This document shows, piece by piece, positions 16,640 to 24,490 of a stretch of 28,063 bases of DNA. Where the stretch lies: IMG/VR virus record IMGVR_UViG_3300024289_000512, positions 1 through 28,063 of that record; one strand, given 5' to 3'. Both the position numbers and the translations under genes were made by a program. The notes beneath the pieces were generated by a model. It did not search any database. It saw nothing but the letters and a program-made list of their open reading frames with translations, and was not told the origin of the DNA. This DNA is from a virus (lineage: Duplodnaviria > Caudoviricetes). How positions within the stretch are numbered: position 1 is the first letter of the stretch; the number at the start of each line of letters is the position of its first letter.

Positions 16640-17322
16640 TGCGCTACCTTTACATAATTAAGCCTAGTTACATCATTTTCGTGTTTCCAATGTTTATGAT
16701 AACCTTTTACTTTGGCTTTGACAATGACTGCTGGACCAATTTCAAGATTAGTCTTACTGACCCAAGCGGCCATTTTGTTGTTAATTATAGCATCAATATT
16801 AAATCCTTCAAAGTTTTTTGACTTAACTGATGAAATAATTTCTGCATCCAAATCTTTAATCCAAGTGTCTATGTCTGCCAAATGGCCTTCATCGACACTC
16901 TTTGCAGCTTTTTTAACTTTGGTTTGTGCAACATCTCGAATCTGAACACTAGGCAAACAGGCAACATAACCAAATTGATTTTGCTTTACAGTTTCACCAT
17001 TCAAAATGGTATTCACATTGGTTTGGAAATCGTTTTCGCCTTCGATAGCTCCAAACATGAATTTTCGAAAATGCTTTTTGACATCCTCTGCCCTAGTAAT
17101 ATCCTCTTCGGTTATTTTAAGTGGCATAGGTGCATCCTTAGGATCAGCAGTCCAGATTGCAGGATCCAGGGTGCAGAGCATGAGAAGTTTATTTGAGTGT
17201 TTGGTAAACAGAAACTTACCGTCTTCTGCCCAAATATTTTCATTTTCTTTGATATATGCGCCATTAATCCGTTGAGCTGCACAAGCCAGCTCAAGAACTT
17301 GTTGGGTTGGGTACTCTTTCAT
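16636..17322 (-). CDS. Hypothetical protein, possible C-terminal OB-like fold
   Basis: Start moved to ATG 17322, because the track's TTG at 17382 is the -35 box of the promoter. Confidence 0.7.
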   Translation of the reverse strand: MKEYPTQQVLELACAAQRINGAYIKENENIWAEDGKFLFTKHSNKLLMLCTLDPAIWTADPKDAPMPLKITEEDITRAEDVKKHFRKFMFGAIEGENDFQTNVNTILNGETVKQNQFGYVACLPSVQIRDVAQTKVKKAAKSVDEGHLADIDTWIKDLDAEIISSVKSKNFEGFNIDAIINNKMAAWVSKTNLEIGPAVIVKAKVKGYHKHWKHENDVTRLNYVKVAQ

Positions 17323-17353
17323 GTCGCTCTCTGGGTGAGTTAATATACTGTGT

Positions 17354-17382
17354 ATTTTACATGAAAATGAAGTCAGTGTCAA
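17354..17382 (-). promoter_or_regulatory. sigma70-type early promoter
   Basis: TTGACA, 17 bp, TAAAAT. Confidence 0.75.
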
Positions 17383-18022
17383 CCTTCTTTAGTCGTACAT
17401 AGACTTTTTTGATTAGCTGTTTTATAACAGGATCATTTTGGTTTGGGAATTCACCTTTATACATGCCCAAACAAGGACTGGCATATTGGTTATGAAATCT
17501 CAGCCTGCTTAGTGTTTCTACATTGTGCAGATAGCGGAGTGCTCGTGTCTTGCCTAAACTACGGCAAAGTTCTATTGCAATAGAAATAGAGTAAGCATCT
17601 ATTTCTTCAGGATCTGCCAAATACTCTTTGTGTTCAGGACCTCGTTCAACACCTAATTTAAATTTACGTTTTCGATATTGCCTTTGGTGCCGCAATTCAT
17701 GAACAACAGTATCGAAAATCTGTATTAGTAATTCTGTAGAATGTTTTGGGAACCAAACGTGATCTTTTGGAAAGTTATGAGTAATAACTAGTTCGATGCA
17801 AACATCACCTTCTTCATCATCTACTGGGTCGTAGTATCCGTTGGCATAAAACACTTCGGATAATAAATTCTTGTCTCGACGAGTTTTAACTTTAAGTTCA
17901 ATATCGTTGAGTCTGAATTCTTTTCGAACTTGGTTGAGCAACTTTTGGAAACTTAGGCCTGATTTTGTGCTAGATCTTATTGAATTGCATATAGCACAAA
18001 TAGTTTCCATTACGCTGTTCAT
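17357..18022 (-). CDS. HExxH zincin-like putative metallopeptidase (paralogue B)
   Basis: HELRHQRQYRKR...YLADPEEIDAYS. Confidence 0.6.
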   Translation of the reverse strand: MNSVMETICAICNSIRSSTKSGLSFQKLLNQVRKEFRLNDIELKVKTRRDKNLLSEVFYANGYYDPVDDEEGDVCIELVITHNFPKDHVWFPKHSTELLIQIFDTVVHELRHQRQYRKRKFKLGVERGPEHKEYLADPEEIDAYSISIAIELCRSLGKTRALRYLHNVETLSRLRFHNQYASPCLGMYKGEFPNQNDPVIKQLIKKVYVRLKKVDTDFIFM

Positions 18023-18024
18023 AG

Positions 18025-18243
18025 TTACAACCTATAAGTTACCCTACCTTTTGTTAAATCATAAGGGCTAACTTCAATTTTAACCGAGTCCCCTAAAATG
18101 ATTCTTATCTTGTGTTGCTTTAATTTTCCGCCCATATAACAAAGTAAAGTATTAGGCATGTTATCTACCTTAACTCTAAACATGTTTCCGGGTAGTACTT
18201 CGTCAACTTGTCCAACTAGTTCAATAATATCGTCTTTTGCCAT
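18025..18243 (-). CDS. infA: Translation initiation factor IF-1
   Basis: 72 aa, MAKDDIIE...G.V.E.LP...FRV...GKLKQHKIRIILGDSVKIEVSPYDLTKGRVTYR. Confidence 0.96.
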   Translation of the reverse strand: MAKDDIIELVGQVDEVLPGNMFRVKVDNMPNTLLCYMGGKLKQHKIRIILGDSVKIEVSPYDLTKGRVTYRL

Positions 18244-18422
18244 TATACTTTGGTGACGACGATTTTACCGTCTTCAACTTTAATATCCAATGTGTCTCCT
18301 TCTTTCCAGCCTGTAAGTTCTAAAACTTCATCTGGAAATTTCATCATAACATTATCAGGATCTCCAGGAATTTCCTGAAAAATATCCTCTGCTGTAAAAA
18401 TAAATTTTTCGTTTTGTTCCAT
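18243..18422 (-). CDS. AbrB/MazE-like swapped-hairpin protein (59 aa)
   Basis: Missed by the ORF track. ...NVMMKFPDEVLELTGWKEGDTLDIKVEDGKIVVTKV; TAATG overlap with infA. Confidence 0.75.
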   Translation of the reverse strand: MEQNEKFIFTAEDIFQEIPGDPDNVMMKFPDEVLELTGWKEGDTLDIKVEDGKIVVTKV

Positions 18423-18428
18423 AGGTTG

Positions 18429-18436
18429 TATTTAAC
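18429..18436 (-). promoter_or_regulatory. Late-like box (GTTAAATA)
   Basis: TAAATA core in a 20-bp intergenic gap, 6 nt before an SD-less ATG. Confidence 0.5.
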
Positions 18437-18442
18437 TATAAA

Positions 18443-18838
18443 TTAGTTGTCTTCGTATGGTACTGGAAACCAACCTAGTCTGTCAAGATCTGTGGCAATC
18501 TCATCTGTAATAGTTCCTTCTGGTACGTATTTCTTTGCGGCCATATAACGATCGCCTTCTTCCAGATCATAAGTAGCAAGTCCGCCCATGCCACTACAAT
18601 ACCAATCCATATAGTCGCCACCTTGGTTTCTAAGACGTGCTACAATGCCGCCGGCGCCGCGCCAACTGGCATGCCATAAATCTTTATCTCGGTCTTGTCT
18701 AATAGCAGGCCACAATTCTTTTGGGCACCATTGCATATTACACCATGCCGCATATAAATTTTGAGCATAGTCGTCCCGAGACCGAATCTTGTTTAAGATT
18801 TCGGCGTCTCGATAAATGTCTTCAACTAAATCCCTCAA
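18443..18838 (-). CDS. Phage hypothetical protein
   Basis: 131 aa; YAQNLYAAWCN...SWRGAGG...DYMDWYCSG. Confidence 0.75.
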   Translation of the reverse strand: MRDLVEDIYRDAEILNKIRSRDDYAQNLYAAWCNMQWCPKELWPAIRQDRDKDLWHASWRGAGGIVARLRNQGGDYMDWYCSGMGGLATYDLEEGDRYMAAKKYVPEGTITDEIATDLDRLGWFPVPYEDN

Positions 18839-19149
18839 TGGTATGCACCTCTAAAACAATGCAGAACTTCGTGTCCTAAATTATGAATACTTGCCATTTT
18901 TGGAGTGTAAATTACACATTCTTTGCCCTCCCAAAATGAACAGGCTTGAACATCAAAACGCCATACTTTACCACCGCGTTTTTTATTTTCGGCAGCACAT
19001 GCCGCATTGACGTCTTTGACTACAACCCATTTTAGATGAACTTGTGATACTTCATTTTGAGTTACGTCAAATTTTGAATCTGGATCTTGCCAGTTCCATG
19101 CCCAAGCGGTATTAGCAATAAGTAGTAAACCAAAAAGTGCCTTTTTCAT
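18835..19149 (-). CDS. Small secreted protein with HExxH motif
   Basis: Signal peptide MKKALFGLLLIANTAWA; GHEVLHC; SD GAGG. Confidence 0.7.
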   Translation of the reverse strand: MKKALFGLLLIANTAWAWNWQDPDSKFDVTQNEVSQVHLKWVVVKDVNAACAAENKKRGGKVWRFDVQACSFWEGKECVIYTPKMASIHNLGHEVLHCFRGAYH

Positions 19150-19173
19150 CTGTGCCTCTGTGTGTTGTTAATA

Positions 19174-19286
19174 TGGTGTAGACGGTAGGATTCGAACCTA
19201 CAAAGCCGTCATATTGACTAGGCCCAGGCCCCCTGTGGCCGTTCGTTACACCACAGGGGAGGTCTACCAATTCCACTCACGTCTAC
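19174..19286 (-). ncRNA. 113-nt tRNA-like RNA with non-canonical anticodon arm
   Basis: Acceptor stem GTAGACG/CGTCTAC plus A-CCA; D-loop GGAATTGGTAGA; T-arm GTAGG-TTCGAAT-CCTAC; long variable arm; 10-bp stem with 12-nt loop in the anticodon position. Confidence 0.85.
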
Positions 19287-19292
19287 TTGCAT

Positions 19293-19321
19293 AGTATATA
19301 TTCAATTCTGGGCAAAGTCAA
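19293..19321 (-). promoter_or_regulatory. sigma70-type promoter for the tRNA-like RNA
   Basis: TTGACT, 17 bp, TATACT; G1 of the RNA is 7 nt after the -10. Confidence 0.8.
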
Positions 19322-19348
19322 GTTATTTTGGTACCCGTATAAACTACA

Positions 19349-19356
19349 GTTAAATA
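19349..19356 (+). promoter_or_regulatory. Late-like box (GTTAAATA) for the radical SAM cluster
   Basis: Identical 8-mer and identical 6-nt spacing to the ATG as at 18429-18436. Confidence 0.5.
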
Positions 19357-19362
19357 TCAGTA

Positions 19363-20331
19363 ATGAATTTTAACCAAATACCTTTTGAAAATATTGTTCG
19401 TTTTGGACAGAGAACTATGTTGGACCGACCACTATTTTCTGTGAGTTGGATACTCGGACGTTTTTGTAATTATAATTGCAGCTACTGTTGGCCTTATGCA
19501 CGAAGTGATAGTGTTGACCATCGAACACTGGAAGTCTACACTTCTGTAGTTGATGAAATAAAACGACAAGCAAGAGCTAATGGTTTTAACGAATTTCACT
19601 GGAGTTTTAGTGGCGGAGAGCCAACTGCTTATAAAAATCTTTTGGATCTAGTACAGCACTTGGACGAAAAAGAAAGTTCGTACCAAAGTATCCATATGAC
19701 TACTAATTTAAGTCCAGGAAGCAAATGGTGGAAAACTTGGTGTGATAAAACAGGACTGTTACAACGTAGAAGTATAACTGCCAGCTTCCACGACGAGTTC
19801 GCTAAAGAACAAGAGTTTGGCGATAAGTGTTTACAGTTACAATACGAACTAGTTCATGTTACTATTAACCAAGTAATGGTTCCTGAAAAGTTTTATGAAC
19901 TGTATGAGCGTATGGAACGTTTCCATAAACGTGGAATTAATGTAACTCTTAAACCACAAAGTGATCCAACTGCTAGTCATATAGTAGACGGATATACCGA
20001 TGACATGATTAAACTAATGCAAGAAGGATTCCCACAAAAGTCGCAAGGAGAAGAAGTTTATCAAATTCGCCTAAATGACGGAGTGAAAGACTACTACTTT
20101 GACCAAGCAGAAAGATTTAATGCTTTTGGATTTAATAAATTTCAAAATTGGACTTGCAATAGTGGTTATCAAAGTGTTATAATTAGAGGTAACGAAGTTA
20201 AGCGTAGTTACAGTTGCCATGACGAACCGTTAGGTACACTAGAACACTTTGAATTATTTAAGGAACCTAGACGCTGTATTACACCTACTTGTGTAAGCTC
20301 AGCGGATAGTAAAATACCAAAATGCAAATAG
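19363..20331 (+). CDS. Radical SAM protein with C-terminal Cys (twitch-like) domain
   Basis: CNYNCSYC and FSGGEPT; C-terminal CNSG...SC...C-x-x-x-x-C. Confidence 0.9.
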   Translation: MNFNQIPFENIVRFGQRTMLDRPLFSVSWILGRFCNYNCSYCWPYARSDSVDHRTLEVYTSVVDEIKRQARANGFNEFHWSFSGGEPTAYKNLLDLVQHLDEKESSYQSIHMTTNLSPGSKWWKTWCDKTGLLQRRSITASFHDEFAKEQEFGDKCLQLQYELVHVTINQVMVPEKFYELYERMERFHKRGINVTLKPQSDPTASHIVDGYTDDMIKLMQEGFPQKSQGEEVYQIRLNDGVKDYYFDQAERFNAFGFNKFQNWTCNSGYQSVIIRGNEVKRSYSCHDEPLGTLEHFELFKEPRRCITPTCVSSADSKIPKCK

Positions 20332-20939
20332 ACTTAGAACATTTACACTACTGGATGTGTGCCATTCGCGAAAGCAAAGATCCTATGCGTACTCTTGATG
20401 CTTTCTGGCAAGGGCAGTTAAAAAGTAAAGACTGGTTAATTGAAAACTTGGTCTATTACATCTACCCAGAACGTAACAAGGAATTAGACTTTCCAGTAAG
20501 TGTTGACATACACGGAGGTTGGGTAGGAGTTTTAGCCAGTATGTTGTTTCAATCTGATCTTCCTATCAGCAACATTCGTAGCGTTGATATAGATCCTAAC
20601 TGCGAGTCTGTTGCTACGATGATGAACAAAAAAGAAGAAATAGAAGGACGTTTTAGAGCAGTAACAGCTGATATGTGTACACTACGCAGTGATGCTGATA
20701 TTATTATCAATACCAGTTGCGAACACATTACACAAGATCAATATGATCTGTGGCTCAGTGGACATCCTCACAACAGTTTACTAGTTCTCCAGAGCAATAA
20801 TTACAACATTCCGGAGCACGTTAGAATTGCCAACGACTTAGAAGAATTCAAACAACAATGTCATGTCAAAGTGTTATGGGCAAGAGAACTAGTTTTACCT
20901 TTATACACAAGGTTTATGATTATAGGTCAAAATGTATAA
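20322..20939 (+). CDS. Class I SAM-dependent methyltransferase-like protein
   Basis: Gly-rich motif I VDIHGGWVG, acidic SVDID, TADM, IINTSCEH. Confidence 0.75.
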   Translation: MQIDLEHLHYWMCAIRESKDPMRTLDAFWQGQLKSKDWLIENLVYYIYPERNKELDFPVSVDIHGGWVGVLASMLFQSDLPISNIRSVDIDPNCESVATMMNKKEEIEGRFRAVTADMCTLRSDADIIINTSCEHITQDQYDLWLSGHPHNSLLVLQSNNYNIPEHVRIANDLEEFKQQCHVKVLWARELVLPLYTRFMIIGQNV

Positions 20940-21903
20940 TTTAAACCAAATCAAAACAGTTCATTTGGAAGTAACTAGCCGATGCCAGGCTACTTGTCCT
21001 ATGTGTGCAAGGAATATTCAAGGGTTAGATAATCCTTGGTTAGAATTAGATGAAATTACTCTTGATCAATTCAAACAATGGTTTCCTGTTGATTTTATAA
21101 AACAGTTAGATAGATTGTATATGTGTGGTAACTTAGGTGATCCTATTGTTGCAAAAGACACACTGAAGATTTTTCAATACTTAAGAGAAACAAATCCAAC
21201 TATTTCTTTAAGCATGAATACAAACGGCTCTGCAAAGAGTTGGCATTTCTGGAAAGGACTTGCTGGATTAAAAGTACATGTTCGATTTGGTATTGATGGG
21301 TTAATTGATACTCATAGTTTATATCGCATTGGTACAGACTGGGTAAAAATTATAGACAATGCTAGACTGTTTATTAATGCAGGAGGTGAAGCAACTTGGG
21401 ATATGCTGGTATTTGAACATAACGAGCACCAGGTAGAAATTTGTAGAGAATTAAGTGAACAGTTAGGTTTTAAAAACTTTGTATCTAAAAATACATCTCG
21501 TTTTAGAGAGGACAAGTTGCAGGTGCTAAACAAAGATGGCACAACTAGTCATGTATTATTTCCTTCTATTAAAAGCAAAAAAATATCTAAGTTACTTGGA
21601 ACAGACGAACCTGCAGAAATTTCCTGTAAAGTTTTGAATGAGAAAAGCATATACATTAATGCTAAAGGACAAGTGATTCCTTGTTGCTGGCTTGATTATA
21701 ATGCTATGTTGCCTATACACCCATCTCGAGTAGACATGTTGGATAAAGGTATTAAGTTTGAAACTTTAAAAGAAAAAACACTAGATGAAATTTTCGGTGA
21801 AAAAACATTTACCACTATTAGAGATAGCTGGGGTACTAGTCCAGTCCGCGAATGTAGTAGACAATGCGGAAAAATTGATAAATTCAATGAGCAGTTCAAT
21901 TAG
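20932..21903 (+). CDS. Radical SAM protein with C-terminal SPASM/twitch domain
   Basis: CQATCPMC, GNLGDP, NTNG; C-terminal C...GQVIPCC...CSRQC. Confidence 0.9.
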   Translation: MYNLNQIKTVHLEVTSRCQATCPMCARNIQGLDNPWLELDEITLDQFKQWFPVDFIKQLDRLYMCGNLGDPIVAKDTLKIFQYLRETNPTISLSMNTNGSAKSWHFWKGLAGLKVHVRFGIDGLIDTHSLYRIGTDWVKIIDNARLFINAGGEATWDMLVFEHNEHQVEICRELSEQLGFKNFVSKNTSRFREDKLQVLNKDGTTSHVLFPSIKSKKISKLLGTDEPAEISCKVLNEKSIYINAKGQVIPCCWLDYNAMLPIHPSRVDMLDKGIKFETLKEKTLDEIFGEKTFTTIRDSWGTSPVRECSRQCGKIDKFNEQFN

Positions 21904-21908
21904 GATAA

Positions 21909-22742
21909 ATGATGGAAACCGGAATAGTAAAATGGTACAATGATGCTAAAAAGTATGGCTTCATTACTGCCGACAAAGATAATGCAAACATCTACGCAGA
22001 ACGATGGGATATTAAAAATGATCCGCAAACTATGTTTGAATTGCAACGTGTAGAATTTGACAGGATTGAAACTGATACAGGTCTGAAAGCAATCAACATT
22101 AACGTTATTCAACTTGAAGAACATAAGATGCTAGAGCTTCCTCGTATTAGTGTTTTTGATAACTTATTAACTGCTGAGTTTTGTCAACGTTTAATAGAAA
22201 AACATTCTCAAGCAGGAATGAACCCTAACAGCGGTTATCAAAGCCGTGTTGAATCCTATGCACAAGTTACAGAAGAAGTAGAGGATCGGGGAATTAGTTT
22301 AGGAGTTGATCCTTACGATTACGATGTATTGGCAACAGCTATTGTGCAAGCCGCACGAATTCCTTATAGTCACATAGAAGCCATCGATGTATACAATTAC
22401 GAAACAGGACAGTTTCTTGCATACCATCATGATTACCCTTATGATCCAAGACAGATTAATTATTACAAGTACGGCGGTGACAGAGTAGGAACTGGAATAT
22501 TCTATCTAAATGACAATTTCAAAGGCGGCGAAACTTACTTTCCTAAACACAACGTAACTGTAAAACCAAAGACTGGCTCTTTCTTGTATTTTCAACAATG
22601 TTATGATGAAGCAACAAATTGGTCAACTATTCATGAAAGTACAAAAATAACTTCAGGCACTAAATGGATTGCCAGTTGCTTTTTTAGTGACAGACCTCGA
22701 GTAGGCTGGAGTCCAAGAGACCATTTGTATGATAATAAGTGA
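21909..22742 (+). CDS. Cold-shock domain fused to a prolyl-4-hydroxylase-like 2OG-Fe(II) oxygenase
   Basis: N-terminal GIVKWYNDAKKYGFIT (CSD RNP-1). C-terminal YHHD...YLND.F.GGETYFP...VKPKTGS...IHES...GTKW (HxD...H...K). Confidence 0.88.
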   Translation: MMETGIVKWYNDAKKYGFITADKDNANIYAERWDIKNDPQTMFELQRVEFDRIETDTGLKAININVIQLEEHKMLELPRISVFDNLLTAEFCQRLIEKHSQAGMNPNSGYQSRVESYAQVTEEVEDRGISLGVDPYDYDVLATAIVQAARIPYSHIEAIDVYNYETGQFLAYHHDYPYDPRQINYYKYGGDRVGTGIFYLNDNFKGGETYFPKHNVTVKPKTGSFLYFQQCYDEATNWSTIHESTKITSGTKWIASCFFSDRPRVGWSPRDHLYDNK

Positions 22743-23415
22743 TTGGAAACCTTTTTACAAATATGACAATGACGGTACTCCTAATTGCATGTCGCAACAA
22801 ACATATGAGCCGTTAATAAGTCCTGACGGAAAAACATTCTGCGCCAACTACGATTGGCAAAACAAATATCAACGTATGTGGCAACCCAATCGTGTTGGTT
22901 ACACAGACGAAGTTGTTGATTATTTTTTCTTTAAAGAAATAGAATATGCACAAAAGTTTAGTAATCGTTCATGGGCTCCTGAAATAGTTGATATAGACCG
23001 TGTGAGTAAACGAATATTTTATAAATGGTACGGACCAACTTGTAACGAAATACTCTATACAGGCAACGCACTTCCAAGCGATTGGAAACAACAAATTCGC
23101 AACATTATGATAGATGCATACTCTAGTGGAGTTTACAAACTTACTATGTATCCTCATTGTCATTTTTATGACAGTGATGGCAGGATGCATGCCATAGATA
23201 TGTACGGATGCGTAGAGGTCGATGATCCTTTTATTGAAGCCAAATACATGGATGGAATTATACATAGTACAGCTCAATTTAGATTAGATGAAACGGGTGA
23301 TTTAGTTAACGGTAAGTATAATTTAGAAACTATGTTTAAGCAATCACTTGGCGTACATGTTAAATGGGGCAAAGAAGATATGCGTTTTATATATGAGGAA
23401 ATGTTCAATGCCTAA
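22729..23415 (+). CDS. Divergent protein-kinase-like fold protein
   Basis: FKEIEY (alphaC Glu), WAPEIVD, SSGVYKLTMYPHC (catalytic-loop position), AIDMYG (DFG position). Confidence 0.5.
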   Translation: MIISDWKPFYKYDNDGTPNCMSQQTYEPLISPDGKTFCANYDWQNKYQRMWQPNRVGYTDEVVDYFFFKEIEYAQKFSNRSWAPEIVDIDRVSKRIFYKWYGPTCNEILYTGNALPSDWKQQIRNIMIDAYSSGVYKLTMYPHCHFYDSDGRMHAIDMYGCVEVDDPFIEAKYMDGIIHSTAQFRLDETGDLVNGKYNLETMFKQSLGVHVKWGKEDMRFIYEEMFNA

Positions 23416-23980
23416 AAGAGTTGGATCTACACTAGGATTAATTGACTGGGAAAAAGTTATAGCAGACATACAACCTCATGCCGGAGACTTTAATAGTGTG
23501 ACCAGCGTTGTAGACAGAAGTGAGGCTTCGGCAGTTGGTGATCAAGAATTATTAGGATCTTATAGAGAAGTTATTGGTACTTGGGAAAAAGCTGGCTACG
23601 ATTTAAAACAAATACAATGGTACGACTACTATCCCCAAGAACATTTTGATATAAGTGTGCAACAAGTATTTGAACAGATGTTTAACATTAAACCACGCAG
23701 GGTATTTGTTAGTGAAGTTATGCCAGGTCGTTGTGTGCCTTATCACTGGGATGTAGAAGATCACGAAAAAGAATGGTTAGCAGAAGGCGAACTTGTTCGC
23801 TATGTTTGTTTTATGGATAAGCCAAAATTTGGTCATGTTCTTATATTAGAAGATGAGTGTTTTTATAATGTTGAACAACACGAAATATATGAGTGGAATT
23901 GGTACAGGTCACATCATGCCGGCACTAACTGTGGATCAGAGCCATACTATCTATTTCATTTCTTAGGAACTAAAAAATGA
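23408..23980 (+). CDS. Asp/Asn beta-hydroxylase-like cupin oxygenase (copy 1)
   Basis: PGRCVPYHWD...HHAGTNCG; start moved to ATG 23408 (SD GAGGA). Confidence 0.75.
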   Translation: MPKRVGSTLGLIDWEKVIADIQPHAGDFNSVTSVVDRSEASAVGDQELLGSYREVIGTWEKAGYDLKQIQWYDYYPQEHFDISVQQVFEQMFNIKPRRVFVSEVMPGRCVPYHWDVEDHEKEWLAEGELVRYVCFMDKPKFGHVLILEDECFYNVEQHEIYEWNWYRSHHAGTNCGSEPYYLFHFLGTKK

Positions 23981-24486
23981 TTGAATTTGTAGGTATATGT
24001 CCAATAGCATGGCAAGCACTAATCCAACATCTTGAAAAACAGCAACCGTATGTCGGGCCTAAACACAAGGAAGGTGACGATATACCAGGTCTAAACGAAG
24101 TTACAGACTTATGGAAAAAAGCGGGGTATGGTCCAACAGTTAGTTGGGATATGTTTTATCCCGGAGATCATTTTGATATTAAAATAGTAGACAAGTTTGT
24201 TGAATGGGCAGGTATGGAGTCTTACACTAATGCGTGGGTTAGTCGAATTCATCCAGGTTACTTTGCTCCGCAACACTGGGATGTGCAGGATGACGAACCT
24301 TTACCAGACACTATTCGTTTTCATGTACATATGAGTCAACCACAGTTTGGACATATTTTTATAGCTGAGGATAAATGTTTATATAATCAGCATCAAGGAG
24401 CCACATACAAGTGGTCTAGTCGTAAGGCATGGCATGCAGGAACTAACTGTGGACTAGTTCCAAAATACATTTTTAATATTTGGTAA
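23977..24486 (+). CDS. Asp/Asn beta-hydroxylase-like cupin oxygenase (copy 2)
   Basis: PGYFAPQHWD...WHAGTNCG; ATGA overlap. Confidence 0.75.
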   Translation: MIEFVGICPIAWQALIQHLEKQQPYVGPKHKEGDDIPGLNEVTDLWKKAGYGPTVSWDMFYPGDHFDIKIVDKFVEWAGMESYTNAWVSRIHPGYFAPQHWDVQDDEPLPDTIRFHVHMSQPQFGHIFIAEDKCLYNQHQGATYKWSSRKAWHAGTNCGLVPKYIFNIW

Positions 24487-24490
24487 TATC

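Noticed and set aside
914-18071. Many short + strand and alternative-frame ORFs in the left block
   Set aside because: They lie within or across well-supported minus-strand genes, lack SD and motifs, and have antisense-like composition
19174-19286. Standard tRNA, tRNA-Sec, tmRNA or Y RNA
   Set aside because: No 7-nt anticodon loop with U33, no UCA anticodon or 8-bp acceptor, no G3-U70 pair or tag ORF. A linear tRNA order ending in CCA does not fit YrlA-type Y RNAs. No clear bulge-helix-bulge intron motif was seen.
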